A stretch of 64,000 nucleotides of DNA from Clostridia bacterium (GTDB lineage: Bacteria; Bacillota; Peptococcia; DRI-13; SV3-B141), in assembly GCA_018433015.1 (NCBI GenBank), contig JAHDSB010000017.1:456-64455 (forward strand), read 5' to 3'. The notes beneath the pieces were generated by a model. That model saw only the letters and a program-made list of their open reading frames with translations. It ran no database searches and was not told the DNA's origin. The translations under genes and the position numbers were made by a program. Each line of letters starts with the position of its first letter. Positions within the stretch are counted from its first letter, which is position 1. Below are positions 46,078-57,792 of this stretch, in pieces.

Positions 46078-47931
46078 TTATTGTTTATATTTTTTTAACC
46101 TTCTCCACAGGGTAGAGCGATTAATCCCTAAGATTTCCGATAGTTTAGTTTGATTTCCCTCATATTCATCTAAAAGCTTTATTAGATCTTCATCACTTAG
46201 TTCCCTATAATTATATTTTTCAATAGTACTACTGCCTTGCGGCTGAACCTTCTTAAAAGAAGCAAGTATAGTTTTGACATTTTCAGCCTTAATAATAGAA
46301 CCTTCGTGCAACACAACTAATTGTTCCATGAAGTTATATAGCTCTCTGACGTTACCGGGCCAATGATAATCCCCCAAGGGCTCTAAGGTATCGGCTTCAA
46401 GTTTTAGCAAGGGATTTAAGCGGTGTAAGAACTTCTCTGCCAAAACAATTACATCATGCCCTCTTTCCCACAAGGTGGGGAGATATAGGGACAGTACATT
46501 TACGCGATAATATAAATCTTCACGAAATTTGCCAGCTTTAACTGCCTCCCATAAATCGTTATTTGCAGCAGCTATGATACGTATATCAACTGGAATTACA
46601 CAGTCATCGCCCAAACGTATTACTTCCTTTTCCTGCAGAACCCTCAATACCTTAGCTTGTACCGCTAAGCTCATATCTCCTATTTCATCTAGGAAAATAG
46701 TTCCCCGGTGAGCTAACTCAAAGAGGCCCGCTTTTCCACCTTTACGTGCATCAGTAAAGCTCCCTTCGCGATAACCAAAGAGTTCACTTTCCAGCAGTGA
46801 TTCAGGTAAAGAGGCACAGTTAACTGCCACAAAAGGACCATCGGCTCGTAGGCTGGCATTGTGTATACTTTGGGCAAACATTTCCTTTCCGGTACCAGTG
46901 GCCCCTGTAATAAGTACTGTGGCATTAGATTTACTTATTTTATGGGCTTTATAAATTACCGACTTAATTTTGTTACTGTTGCCCACGATATCAGTAAAAG
47001 TATGCTTGGCCACATGCCCTTTAGCATATAATCTTTTTCTCATTCTCGTTTCAAGATCTTGAATCTGTTTTAGCGGTTTAAGAGTAACTATAATCCCCGC
47101 TTCCTCCTGCTCACTATCGATGATTTTTTGCGTATCAATTAAGAATTGTTGCCCTTTCCATTTAATAAGTTCTTCCTTTTCTTGAAAATCCGGTAAAAGG
47201 TCCTCTAGTTTTTTTCCCACTAAAAGGTGATGATCGGAATAACCTAAATATTCACGAACTTTAGGATTGGAATGGGTTATATAATAATTATCATCTGTGG
47301 CTAAGATTCCTTCATCAGTAACTGCATCCAAAATAGCTTCCAACCTATTTTTAGCCAGGAGCTCTTTTCTTCTTACATAAACTAGTTCTTCCGCTTTTAC
47401 TAGAGCTTCATAAATAGTACGCTTCCCAGAAGAGATTAATATCCCTTGTATTCCTAATTTGAGAGCCTTTTCTACAGAAATTGTATCGCCTACAATGATA
47501 CGTAAACCTTTTTTGATTCTACCCGAAAGATCTTTTTCTAATTTAACAGGATTTTCTACCGGTACTTCTACCACTTGTAAATTCATGTATTTACCTACTG
47601 AAGTAGCATCATATATGGTATTGGGATAACCAACTACCCCCACAGTATTAGCTATAAAAGAAGCTTTGTACAAGGCTTCCAATAAGTCGTAAGCAGAAAC
47701 ATCAATAGGTATCAGCGGGATATTTTCCACTTCTTTTTGAATGGCTAAAAAAGTTCCCCCACGACTAATTATAGCTTCTATATCTGCCTTTTCTGCAATC
47801 CTGGCCTGCTTCACACCTTGTTGTAAATTACCTACAACAACTCGACAGTTAAAACCATTTTCTTTAACGACAATATTCGCAACATTAGCAATATTTATGT
47901 TGGGAGCTATTAACAATAGATTGGGTCTCAT
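46078..47931 (-). CDS. Sigma-54-dependent transcriptional activator (PrpR-N sensory domain, PAS, AAA+, Fis-type HTH)
   Basis: Walker A GATGTGKE, GAFTGA-like GSFTDA and ESELFGY. C-terminal HTH LSEILGINRSTLWRRLKK. The N-terminal ~190 aa are PrpR-N-like. Confidence 0.9.
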   Translation of the reverse strand: MRPNLLLIAPNINIANVANIVVKENGFNCRVVVGNLQQGVKQARIAEKADIEAIISRGGTFLAIQKEVENIPLIPIDVSAYDLLEALYKASFIANTVGVVGYPNTIYDATSVGKYMNLQVVEVPVENPVKLEKDLSGRIKKGLRIIVGDTISVEKALKLGIQGILISSGKRTIYEALVKAEELVYVRRKELLAKNRLEAILDAVTDEGILATDDNYYITHSNPKVREYLGYSDHHLLVGKKLEDLLPDFQEKEELIKWKGQQFLIDTQKIIDSEQEEAGIIVTLKPLKQIQDLETRMRKRLYAKGHVAKHTFTDIVGNSNKIKSVIYKAHKISKSNATVLITGATGTGKEMFAQSIHNASLRADGPFVAVNCASLPESLLESELFGYREGSFTDARKGGKAGLFELAHRGTIFLDEIGDMSLAVQAKVLRVLQEKEVIRLGDDCVIPVDIRIIAAANNDLWEAVKAGKFREDLYYRVNVLSLYLPTLWERGHDVIVLAEKFLHRLNPLLKLEADTLEPLGDYHWPGNVRELYNFMEQLVVLHEGSIIKAENVKTILASFKKVQPQGSSTIEKYNYRELSDEDLIKLLDEYEGNQTKLSEILGINRSTLWRRLKKYKQ

Positions 47932-48021
47932 TTGTTTACCCTCCCTTATAACATCCTCATCCCTTCTCTCATTTCAACAAAATTTCTTTTATTTCCTCTA
48001 TTATAAAAAAAAACATCAAAT

Positions 48022-48049
48022 AAAGGGTTGGAAAAATTTCCAACCCTTT
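48022..48049 (-). terminator. Terminator after glnN
   Basis: AAAGGGTTGG / CCAACCCTTT stem, with a T-run downstream on the minus strand. Confidence 0.7.
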
Positions 48050-48054
48050 TAATA

Positions 48055-50148
48055 CTACACTATATATAACAGTTCTGAATAAGTGGGAAAAGGCCATAAT
48101 TTCGCCTCTACCAAAGATTCCAGCCGATCAGCTACTGACCGCAGACAATCCATGGCCGGGAATATTTTATCACGATAATACACGGCATGTTCATAAGTAT
48201 CCCCTTGCAAGTCATGACCATTTCCTACTAACTCATCTAACTCCTCTATCTTTTCTTGCAAAGCTTGAATATTAGCAGCAAGCTCCAGTACTACTCTTTC
48301 CTGACCACTTGTCATGGCTTGAGGAACTGCAGCCTTAATGTTGTTAATAGCTTCAGACATAATACTTACATATTTACAGGCAGCAGGTAAAATCTGACGT
48401 TTAGCCATATCCAACATGGTCATGGCCTCTATATTTAACTGCTTACAGTAACGTTCCAACATTATTTCATAGCGGGAGTAAAGTTCCTCCTGGCTTAATA
48501 CTTTGTGTTTATTAAAAATCTCCCTGGACTTTCCTGTAATCAAGGCTGGAATAGCTTCTACTGTTGAAGATATATTAGGTAAGCCCCTCCGCTGGGCTTC
48601 TTCTACCCAATCCTGGGAATAATTATTACCATTAAAGATAATTCTCTTATGATTTATTACTATTTCTTTAAGAAGTTGCGGTAAGGCCGTATTGAAATCT
48701 TCTGCCTCTTCCAATCTATCAGCAATCTGAGCTAAGGCTTCTGCCACAATGGTATTTAAGACGGTATTAGGCCCGGCTACAGAAATGGAGGAAGGAACCA
48801 TTCTAAATTCAAATTTATTACCTGTAAAGGCAAAGGGTGATGTCCTATTCCTGTCGGTCGAATCTTTAGCTAAGGTAGGTAATGTACTAACCCCTATCGT
48901 CATCTTCCCCCCCTGTTTGGAACGTTTTAAGCCTCCATTTTGCATTTGCTCCAGAATATCAGTTAATTGATCTCCTAAAAATACAGAAATAATAGCAGGG
49001 GGAGCTTCATTAGCACCTAAACGATGGTCATTTCCAGGATTAGCACAGGCTAATCTAAGCAAATCAGCATGTTCATCAACAGCTTTAATTACAGCACATA
49101 AAAAGGTTAAGAACTGGGCGTTTTCATGGGGTGTTTTTCCGGGTTCTAAGAGATTCTGCCCATCATTAGTTGACATAGACCAGTTATTATGTTTTCCTGA
49201 ACCATTTACTCCGGCAAAAGGTTTCTCATGAAGGAGACAAACAAGATCATGTCTTAAAGCAACTTTTTTTAGAGTATCCATTACCAGCTGATTTTGATCA
49301 ACGGCTATATTAGTAGTAGTGAAGACGGGAGCAAGTTCAAACTGCCCAGGGGCCACTTCATTATGTTGAGTTTTGGCGGGAATCCCCATCTTCCATAGTT
49401 CCTCATTAACTTCCCTCATGAAAGCAGCTATTCTTTCTTTAATGCTGCCAAAATAGTGATCCTCCAATTCCTGTCCTTTAGGTGGCATGGCTCCAAACAG
49501 CGTTCTTCCGGCTAATATTAAATCCTTACGTTTCTCATAATGATCCTTATCTACCAAGAAATATTCCTGTTCCGCTCCCACAGTAGTTATAACCCGGGTA
49601 GTTGTTGTATCGCCAAACAGCCGTAATATTCTTAATGCTTCCTTAGATATGGCATCCATGGAGCGCAGTAGGGGTGTTTTTTTATCTAGGGCTTCTCCTG
49701 TATAAGCGCAAAAAGCAGTAGGAATGCAGAGAGTTATTCCTCCCGCATCTTCTCTGAGAAATGCAGGGGAGGTACAATCCCAAGCCGTATATCCTCTAGC
49801 CTCAAAGGTAGCACGTAAACCACCGTTAGGGAAAGAAGAAGCATCAGGTTCCCCTTTAATTAATTCTTTTCCGGAAAACTCCATCATTACTTTCCCATCG
49901 CTACAAGGAGCTATAAAGGAGTCATGCTTTTCGGCAGTAAAACCAGTCATAGGTTGGAACCAATGGGTAAAATGAGTGGCACCTCTCTCTACCGCCCATT
50001 CCTTCATAGCATTAGCCACCACATCAGCACACTTAGGATCTAAAGGATAACCTTCCTTAATTGTTTTTATAAGCATCTGATAAACACTTTTAGGAAGTCT
50101 CTCTTTCATAACCGTTTCACTAAATACATTAGCAGCAAATCTTTCCAT
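48055..50148 (-). CDS. glnN: Glutamine synthetase type III
   Basis: 697 aa. The GSIII-type N-terminus ([21 protein letters not shown]) and the size are typical of GlnN rather than GlnA. Confidence 0.85.
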   Translation of the reverse strand: MERFAANVFSETVMKERLPKSVYQMLIKTIKEGYPLDPKCADVVANAMKEWAVERGATHFTHWFQPMTGFTAEKHDSFIAPCSDGKVMMEFSGKELIKGEPDASSFPNGGLRATFEARGYTAWDCTSPAFLREDAGGITLCIPTAFCAYTGEALDKKTPLLRSMDAISKEALRILRLFGDTTTTRVITTVGAEQEYFLVDKDHYEKRKDLILAGRTLFGAMPPKGQELEDHYFGSIKERIAAFMREVNEELWKMGIPAKTQHNEVAPGQFELAPVFTTTNIAVDQNQLVMDTLKKVALRHDLVCLLHEKPFAGVNGSGKHNNWSMSTNDGQNLLEPGKTPHENAQFLTFLCAVIKAVDEHADLLRLACANPGNDHRLGANEAPPAIISVFLGDQLTDILEQMQNGGLKRSKQGGKMTIGVSTLPTLAKDSTDRNRTSPFAFTGNKFEFRMVPSSISVAGPNTVLNTIVAEALAQIADRLEEAEDFNTALPQLLKEIVINHKRIIFNGNNYSQDWVEEAQRRGLPNISSTVEAIPALITGKSREIFNKHKVLSQEELYSRYEIMLERYCKQLNIEAMTMLDMAKRQILPAACKYVSIMSEAINNIKAAVPQAMTSGQERVVLELAANIQALQEKIEELDELVGNGHDLQGDTYEHAVYYRDKIFPAMDCLRSVADRLESLVEAKLWPFPTYSELLYIV

Positions 50149-50374
50149 TATTGTCTACCCCTTTCTGAATATAGATTTGGAAGCTGTAAAATTTGCAAAA
50201 AAATAAAGCGTTCCCAAAAGACTAGACCTAAATTTCTATCTAATCTTTTCGAGAACGCCTTTGCTCTCTAATATTATTAAATTTTGATGATATAAGGATA
50301 GCATATTATGCATTATTCTACAAGTAGTATTCTCAAGTATACAAGATTATCTTTGTTGGTAAATTATTCTAAAA

Positions 50375-51253
50375 TCAAAAATCTGGAATAAATGTTTCTT
50401 CCGCAGAATCCAGTCCCTGCATAAAGCCATTATGCAAACCAACATTAAAAAAATATTCAATAATATCTTCATATTCTTCCCTTGCAACTCTTCTATTCAG
50501 TTCTGGATATTCCTTGGCCCTAAATACAGGAGTATACTGTCCCATTACACTAACATATACATCAGGAGACATTTCCCGGGCAATCCACTCCAGAATTTTT
50601 CGGGAATCTTGCTCTTGCCCCGGTAGGAGTAAATGTCTAATTAGTAAGCCTTTTTTCATAATCCCCTCTTCATCAAATCTGGGGTTACCAACCTGTCTGA
50701 ACATTTCCTGCACTGCTTGGGAAGCATAGAAGAAATAATTATCTGCTTGCGAGTACTTCTTAGCCACTTGATCAGTATAATATTTTAAATCAGGCAGATA
50801 AATATCTACCAGCCCTGCTAAAGCTTGAAGAGTCTCTACTTTTTCATACCCATTAGAATTGTAGATTATCGGTAGAACTAGCCCCCTTTGTTTCGCCATT
50901 TTCAACCCCTCTTTTATAAGGGGAGCATAATGGGTAGGTGAAACTAAGTTGATATTATGGGCTCCTTGGTGTTGTAAATCCAAGCAAATCTCTACAAATT
51001 GCTCCAGAGATATTTCTTTACCTTTAGCCAGCTGACTTATTTCAAAGTTCTGGCAAAAAATACATCTCAAATTGCAATTAGAAAAAAATATTGCTCCTGA
51101 ACCTCGGGTTCCACTTAGACACGGTTCTTCCCAATAATGAAGGGCAGCCTTAGCTACCCTTATTTTTTCCCCTGCCCTGCAGAACCCTTTTATCCCTCCA
51201 GTTCTGCTTATTCCACATTCCCAAGGACAAATTTTACAATTATCTAAGTTCAT
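50375..51253 (-). CDS. Radical SAM protein (PflX-like putative activase)
   Basis: CNLRCIFCQN, a CxxxCxxC cluster motif. An N-terminal Cys-rich segment is also present. Confidence 0.75.
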   Translation of the reverse strand: MNLDNCKICPWECGISRTGGIKGFCRAGEKIRVAKAALHYWEEPCLSGTRGSGAIFFSNCNLRCIFCQNFEISQLAKGKEISLEQFVEICLDLQHQGAHNINLVSPTHYAPLIKEGLKMAKQRGLVLPIIYNSNGYEKVETLQALAGLVDIYLPDLKYYTDQVAKKYSQADNYFFYASQAVQEMFRQVGNPRFDEEGIMKKGLLIRHLLLPGQEQDSRKILEWIAREMSPDVYVSVMGQYTPVFRAKEYPELNRRVAREEYEDIIEYFFNVGLHNGFMQGLDSAEETFIPDF

Positions 51254-51260
51254 TTGTCTT

Positions 51261-53969
51261 TCAGCTCTCCTGTTTTTTGTTTTCTAAAGCATCAATAATT
51301 TTATCCATTTCCGCCTGCACTTTGCCATATCCGGTCCAATCTCCTGCTCTCAACTTTTCTTGGCCCTGTCTGTGTAAAGTTACAAGTCTATCTATCAAGT
51401 TTTGTTGGGATTGCTCACCTTCCAATTGGGGATATTCCTCCTCAGGCGCCTCAGCACCGAACAGTGCAGTTAAACCTGCTTCCAAAGAATCTTCCATGAC
51501 AATTTTATTGTTATAAGATACGAATATTTTCTTAAGCTGGGGATATTTATTTTGTTCCGCTTCAATATAGAGAGGTTCAAGATAAAGCAGTGATCCTCCT
51601 ATAGGATAGACTAATAAATTGCCCCGCAAGATCTTACTTCCCCCTGATCCCCATAAGGTTAACTGGCCGGAGATATTGGGATCTTGATCAATCAGAGAAT
51701 CAACTTGAATAGTTCCGGGGACCTGAACTCCTTTGGGAAACTTAAAGAGAATCAAATTTCCATAGTTATCACCGTCAGAACGCCCTGCTAGCCAAGCCAC
51801 AGAATTTTGTTTACGGGCAGGAGTAAAGACCCTCATCAAAACATATTCTTTCTCTTCTTCTCCCGGCAAACGGACAATACTGTAGTAAGGATCTTGAACT
51901 ACTTTTTCTCCCAGATAAGTTTCCTGAGAAAATTCCCATCTATCTTCCCGCGTAAAGAATACGGTAGGATTCATCATATGATAATCCCTTAGCATTAAGG
52001 ACTGTACCGTAAATAAATCTTCCGGATAACGCACATGTTGTCGTAAATCCTGGGGCATTTCTTCTGCCTTTTTAAACAAACCAGGATAAATCTTATTATA
52101 AACCTTAATGATCGGATCTTGTTTATCAAAAATATAGAAGTTTATCTCACCCGAATAAGCATCAATAATTACTTTCACACTGTTACGCAGATAATTATAT
52201 GTCCCTGCTTTATCAATGGCTTGGGAATAAGGATATTTATCTGTATACGTATAGGCATCAATAAAATAATAGAGCTTTCCTGCTTCATCTACTACTAAAT
52301 AAGGATCCTGATCATAAAACAAGAAGGGAGCAATTCGCATAGCCCGTGCTTTTATATTGCGGGTTTCCAGATATAGGCTGTCTGAAGTAATGTAATCCGA
52401 TAATAAATATTTGAACTGTACATCACGAAAAGCTAAAAGTACTTTGTTAAGAAAAGTCATTGGAATACCATTTTTCCCTTGATAGATATATTCCTGATTA
52501 TCATCGCCCATGGGATAGTCAAATTCTTTTAAACCTGTGTTAACTATCACGTTTTCATTAGTAGCCTCACCAAAATATATGCGGGGCTCACTAATGGAAA
52601 AATGTTCTGCTTGAGGAGGTATATCTTTAATTAGATATTCAGGTAACCCTCCCTCTGTAATTATATTAGTAGGACTCATGTCCAAACCAAAACCGTGGGT
52701 ATATTTAAACAATAGGTTATTGAAAGTGCGAGCTTGCTCCGGTAGGGCATTTTGACTCAATTCCCGCCCCGATAACAAGACCTGAGTCAATTTACCATCT
52801 ATCATATATCGATCTACATCAACGTCAACAAAATCGTAGTAAGGACGAATCTCCTGTTGCTGGCTGTATGTGCTCATTGTAGCCCGTTGATCTAAAAGCC
52901 TCATATTATTTATAATATCTTGATTTTCTTTTAAATCTTGTAGACTTAAATCACCTACGGGGTATTCAACTTCTGTTAATTTATCTAAGCCGTAGGCCAG
53001 ATGGGTATATTTAATGTTGCGTTCTAAATAGGGCATTTCCTGTCCCAGTTCATCGGGTTCTACCACAAATTTTTGGTAAAATCCGGGATATACACCATTC
53101 ACAACAATAATTAATAGAAAGAATACCACTATAGAGAAAAGAGCTCGTTTAATCTGTTTACGAAAAGTTAACATGATGAACAAACCAATCAATAGTGAGG
53201 CAATCATCATGATAGTATAAGCCGGTAATCTGGCCCCAACATCGGCAGCACCTGCTCCAATAACTGCTCCTACTTGAGAATAGAGGAGCTCATAGCTGGA
53301 AAGCTTATACTGCAAGGCCTGCCAGGCCATCAACGAACCAAGAAGTATACCTATATGGGTCAATCCTTTTTTTTCTACTCCTGTCAAAATACGCATGGTC
53401 ATATTGCGAGCCGATATTTCCATGCCTCGTGGCATAAAAATCAAGTAAAGAATTACTGATGTAACAAGATTGACTAAAAACCAAGTATTAAAGACCCTGT
53501 ATATTAGCCATAAAAATGGCAGTTTAAATACATAGAATCCAATATCCAGATTAAACTGGGGATCAGTAATCCCAAAAGTTTCAGCATTTAAGGAACGTAG
53601 AATCGAGAGCCACAGGTCACCTGAATTACCAGCCACAATAGTAGCAGTAAAGATGGCTATAGCTAAGGGAATAAGAGGTTTAAAAGGTTTTTTTACTATG
53701 CGGTAAACAAGAAAAATATTAATAAAATTCAATAGAACAGCGGCCGCAAAAATAATAGCCCCAATTGCAAATTTAGCTATAAAAGAACGCCAAAAAACTG
53801 CATCATATCCTAAAGAGCTGAACCAGGCCAGATCTAATTTAACAGATATCAAAACACGAAATAAAACAAAGAGAAATACAACGGCAAATATCAGCCCTAA
53901 TCTGCGCCAAGGCAGCGATGGAAGTTTGTGTTTCTTTTCTTGTGAAGCATCATTATATTGATCAAACAT
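51261..53969 (-). CDS. UPF0182 family large membrane protein
   Basis: 902 aa. About 7 N-terminal TM helices followed by a large extracytoplasmic domain. The family assignment is from memory of this architecture. Confidence 0.65.
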   Translation of the reverse strand: MFDQYNDASQEKKHKLPSLPWRRLGLIFAVVFLFVLFRVLISVKLDLAWFSSLGYDAVFWRSFIAKFAIGAIIFAAAVLLNFINIFLVYRIVKKPFKPLIPLAIAIFTATIVAGNSGDLWLSILRSLNAETFGITDPQFNLDIGFYVFKLPFLWLIYRVFNTWFLVNLVTSVILYLIFMPRGMEISARNMTMRILTGVEKKGLTHIGILLGSLMAWQALQYKLSSYELLYSQVGAVIGAGAADVGARLPAYTIMMIASLLIGLFIMLTFRKQIKRALFSIVVFFLLIIVVNGVYPGFYQKFVVEPDELGQEMPYLERNIKYTHLAYGLDKLTEVEYPVGDLSLQDLKENQDIINNMRLLDQRATMSTYSQQQEIRPYYDFVDVDVDRYMIDGKLTQVLLSGRELSQNALPEQARTFNNLLFKYTHGFGLDMSPTNIITEGGLPEYLIKDIPPQAEHFSISEPRIYFGEATNENVIVNTGLKEFDYPMGDDNQEYIYQGKNGIPMTFLNKVLLAFRDVQFKYLLSDYITSDSLYLETRNIKARAMRIAPFLFYDQDPYLVVDEAGKLYYFIDAYTYTDKYPYSQAIDKAGTYNYLRNSVKVIIDAYSGEINFYIFDKQDPIIKVYNKIYPGLFKKAEEMPQDLRQHVRYPEDLFTVQSLMLRDYHMMNPTVFFTREDRWEFSQETYLGEKVVQDPYYSIVRLPGEEEKEYVLMRVFTPARKQNSVAWLAGRSDGDNYGNLILFKFPKGVQVPGTIQVDSLIDQDPNISGQLTLWGSGGSKILRGNLLVYPIGGSLLYLEPLYIEAEQNKYPQLKKIFVSYNNKIVMEDSLEAGLTALFGAEAPEEEYPQLEGEQSQQNLIDRLVTLHRQGQEKLRAGDWTGYGKVQAEMDKIIDALENKKQES

Positions 53970-54261
53970 TAAACAGCCCCCTTGTCATAACTCTTGTTCT
54001 TTTAGTTTGAGCATAAATTCTATATTAATTTCAATACTTATGAACATAATTTTCCTCTAGTATAGCATAAAAACCTATTATAAAGGAAATGACAAAATGA
54101 TCGTTTCTGCTAAATTCATCTTCCAGGACTTTACTCCTAAATTGCTTTACAATATAATATGTTTATATCATTTATTTATTGATATATATATATAATATAT
54201 AAATATAAATAAAACTATAATAGTAATTGTTTATGGTACACAAGAGAGGAGAAACTAAACG

Positions 54262-56367
54262 ATGCTAAAGAATTTCAAGATTAAAACAAAAATAATGGTT
54301 ATGATAGGGCTTGTGGTTTTGCTGGCCTTTATAATTACTAATACCATTGTAGCAACTAAGTCAACAAATATGGCCCAGGAATCTGCTTTCAGCATAGCCC
54401 AAGCCACAGCTGATGAATACGGCAATAAAGTAAAAGCAGAGATGGAAATTGCTATGGACAGTGCCAGAACCGTAGCTCAAACATTTAAAGGTTTAAAAAA
54501 AGTAAATATAACGGATAGAGAAGCTCTAAACGAGATTTTAAAGACTGTCTTACAAGAAAATCCCGCTTTTCTTTCTGTTTGGACCTGCTGGGAACCTAAT
54601 GCCTTAGATGGTAAAGATCTCGAGTTTATTAATAAACCGGGTCATGATGAAACAGGACGCTTTGTATCTCTGTGGAACAATGATGGGGGAAGTATCCATG
54701 TGGAACCTCTGGTGGATTATGATACTCCCGGTACCGGTGATTATTATTTAAATGCTAAAAATACAACACGCGAAGTGATTGCCAACCCCTACTTATATCC
54801 TGTCAATGGGAAAGATCAGCTAATTACAAGCTTAGTTACTCCCATTATTTATGATGGAAAATTTGTGGGAGCAGTAGGAATAGATATTTCTTTAGATACT
54901 TTTCAGGAAATGATTACACAGATAAAACCTTTTGACACCGGATACGCTGCCCTTATTGACAATACCGGGAGCTATGTGGCCCATATTGATACTGGTCATA
55001 TCGGTCAAAACATAGGCAATACCGAGGAAAGAACCACTGCCAAAAAAGCTATAGTTCAGGGTAAAGGCTATGAAACTATACTCACCTCTAATTTGACAAA
55101 TGAAGAAGTTTTAAGAATCTTTACACCTATCGTTGTAGGAAATTCTACAACACCCTGGTCCCTTGCTATTAGTGCACCTATGGATAAAGTGTTAGCAGAT
55201 GCCCATGCTATGAGAAATTATTCTTTAGGAGTAGCAGGCATTTCTATTATTATTATCTTATTAGTAATCTTTTTAGCAGCAAGCAGTATTACTAAACCCA
55301 TTCTTCAAACTACTGCAGTATTAAAAGATATTGCGGAAGGAGAGGGTGATTTAACTAAAAGACTAGAGGTTAAAACAAAAGATGAGCTGGGAGAATTGGC
55401 CCAGTATTTTAATAGATTTATCGGGGATATTCAAAGTATTGTAGGGGAAGTATTAGATAATACTCAGGAACTTAGTGCTTCTAGTGAGGAACTTTCCGCT
55501 ACAGTAGAAGAGATCTCCGCCCAATCTCAAAATGTTAGCTCCAACACTCAAGAGATCGCTGCCGGTATGGAAGAAACCAGCGCTACTACTGAAGAAGTTA
55601 CAGCTTCTGCAGAAAATGTACATAACGCTGCAGTAAGATTAGCCCAGAAGGCTGAAGAAGGAAATCGTTTAATACAAGAAATCAGGCTTAAAGCCGAAAA
55701 GATTAAAACAGATGCCACAGAATCCAGTAAGGTTGTTCACGAATTATATAATGAAAAACAGGCGGGTGTAATAAAAGCTATAGAAGAAGGACAAGTTGTG
55801 GCAGAAATACAAAATATGGCTCAGGTAATCTCCGATATTGCGGAACAAACTAATCTTTTAGCTTTAAATGCTGCTATAGAAGCCGCCAGAGCCGGAGAAC
55901 AAGGAAGAGGTTTTGCCGTTGTAGCGGAAGAAGTTCGTAAGTTAGCAGAGCAATCAGCAGAGACAGTGACCAGTATTCAAGGTGTAATAAAACAAGTCCA
56001 AGCTGCCTTCCATAACTTATCTGAAAATGCTAATGGTGTGTTAGATTTTATTGATAATAAAGTTATTGGAGACTACGAAGCCTTAGTTGAAATAGGAGTA
56101 CAATATCAAAAAGATGCAGATTATGTAGGTAAAATGGTAGAAGAATTTGCTTCTAACGCCCAACAAATTAATCAATCTACTGAAGAGGCCGACAAAGCTA
56201 TGGAAGAAATCGCTCAGGCTATAGAACAAGCCAATACAGGTACTCAAGAGATCTCTAATACCATAACGGAAACTACAAACGCCATTGAAGAAGTAGCAAA
56301 TGTAACTCAGAAACAGGCTACCTTAGCAGAAAAATTAAACATGTTAGTTCATAAATTTAAAATTTAA
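54262..56367 (+). CDS. Methyl-accepting chemotaxis protein (Cache-type sensor, HAMP, MA domain)
   Basis: Two TM helices flank a ~280-aa extracellular domain. Highly conserved signalling hairpin [34 protein letters not shown]. Confidence 0.9.
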   Translation: MLKNFKIKTKIMVMIGLVVLLAFIITNTIVATKSTNMAQESAFSIAQATADEYGNKVKAEMEIAMDSARTVAQTFKGLKKVNITDREALNEILKTVLQENPAFLSVWTCWEPNALDGKDLEFINKPGHDETGRFVSLWNNDGGSIHVEPLVDYDTPGTGDYYLNAKNTTREVIANPYLYPVNGKDQLITSLVTPIIYDGKFVGAVGIDISLDTFQEMITQIKPFDTGYAALIDNTGSYVAHIDTGHIGQNIGNTEERTTAKKAIVQGKGYETILTSNLTNEEVLRIFTPIVVGNSTTPWSLAISAPMDKVLADAHAMRNYSLGVAGISIIIILLVIFLAASSITKPILQTTAVLKDIAEGEGDLTKRLEVKTKDELGELAQYFNRFIGDIQSIVGEVLDNTQELSASSEELSATVEEISAQSQNVSSNTQEIAAGMEETSATTEEVTASAENVHNAAVRLAQKAEEGNRLIQEIRLKAEKIKTDATESSKVVHELYNEKQAGVIKAIEEGQVVAEIQNMAQVISDIAEQTNLLALNAAIEAARAGEQGRGFAVVAEEVRKLAEQSAETVTSIQGVIKQVQAAFHNLSENANGVLDFIDNKVIGDYEALVEIGVQYQKDADYVGKMVEEFASNAQQINQSTEEADKAMEEIAQAIEQANTGTQEISNTITETTNAIEEVANVTQKQATLAEKLNMLVHKFKI

Positions 56368-56505
56368 ATAAAAAACTTTAACCTAACTTCCCTCAAATAA
56401 GAAAGAGCCCCGTTGTTAGGCGGGGTATCATAGGGACAAAAAGTGAACCGGGTATAAATCCCTGTGATGGGGCGGACAGTTTCGGCTGTCCGCCCTTTTC
56501 TGTGT

Positions 56506-57611
56506 TTACGCGGCGGGGCCCGTACTGGCTGATGTGGCGTCGCTGGCGGCGGCAGGGGTATCGTCCATTAAGATGGCATCCCCCTCGTCCAACTCGTCCT
56601 CCTGCGCTTTTTCTGGCTCCACCGGTGTGTCCATCAGGCCGATGTCCCGGTTGTCCTGCTAGGCGGTGCGGGAATACTTCTGCGACTTTTCGCCCACCAC
56701 AATTTTCTCAATGAACAGCCGCAGGATTTCCGGCGTGAGCTCCATAATGTCGCTGCAGCGCTTGGCCTTGTCAATAAACTGCGCGCCACGTTACTCAGTG
56801 AGTTTCGGAGCTGTTCCAGCCGTTGCTCCTACTTTGGAAGCTTTTCCCGTAATTCCGCCTGTTCTGTAGTATACTCCGAGGAGAGCAATCGGAAGTGTTC
56901 GTTGGGAATTCGTCCCAGCACATTGTCCTCATAGAGCCGCTTGAACAGGGTTGTAGGCTCGCCGTCTCGTCGCTTCAGGGTGTGTCAATCTCACGCTGGA
57001 TGCGGGCGATCTCCTGCCGGGTTTCGGCGGTGTTCTTGCGAGTGATATGCTCGACAAACAGCTTTTCCTTCTGCCGGGCATAATGGGTAATCCGCTTTAA
57101 GTCATCCAGCACAATGGTTTTGAGCTGGATTTCCCGGATGTAGTGGACGGTGCACTCCTCTTTCCCGCGCTTTTTGTAGGTAGAGCACATGAAGTTGTTC
57201 TACGTTTCTTTCATGGTATGCGCCCTGTGGAGCACCAGCGTGCCGCCGCAGTCGGCGAAATACACTATTCCAGAAAAAAATTGGGCGTATAAATTTGCTT
57301 GGGTGGGCGCTTTTTGTGCTTACGGATGTCCTGCACGATGTCCCACAGCAAGTCGTTGTCGCCGTACAGGCTATCCACGTTGTTGTTGATGGCGATAAAG
57401 CGGACACCGTAGCTGGGGAAAATCATCTCCGTATACTGCCCCACCAGTAGATAATCCCTGCCGAGCCATGACATATCCTTGACGACGAGAGTTGCGACCT
57501 GATCGCTTTCCACCAGCTATCGGACAGCGTTTCCACAACCTCTCTCATGGTCATGCCCGCCCGGACAATGTAGGATTTGATTTCGTTCCTGTAAGTATCG
57601 CTTTTTCTCAT
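56506..57611 (-). pseudogene. Large serine recombinase, disrupted by frameshifts, internal stops and deletions
   Basis: Minus-strand fragments in three frames:
- ESDQVATLVVKDMSWLGRDYLLVGQYTEMIFPSYGVRFIAINNNVDS (resolvase-domain end);
- FMCSTYKKRGKEECTVHYIREIQLKTIVLDDLKRI (zinc-ribbon region);
- LFKRLYEDNVLGRIPNEHFRLLSSEYT and ELTPEILRLFIEKIVVGEKS (C-terminal coiled-coil region).
At least three in-frame stop codons are present. No catalytic-Ser N-terminal motif is recognisable. Confidence 0.8.
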
Positions 57612-57792
57612 GTTGCCTCCATATTTTTTGTTTGCTCCGCCCAAATAGCGAACAAGATGAAAATAGGCAAAAAATACGCTGTATCCGGTTTTTCGCGCCG
57701 AGTACAGCGTATTTCGTTTGTGGCACAATCCCACCTAGCAAATGCCTGCTTTTTGGGATTACTGTCTTACGGACATCCGCTCATCTTTAGCC

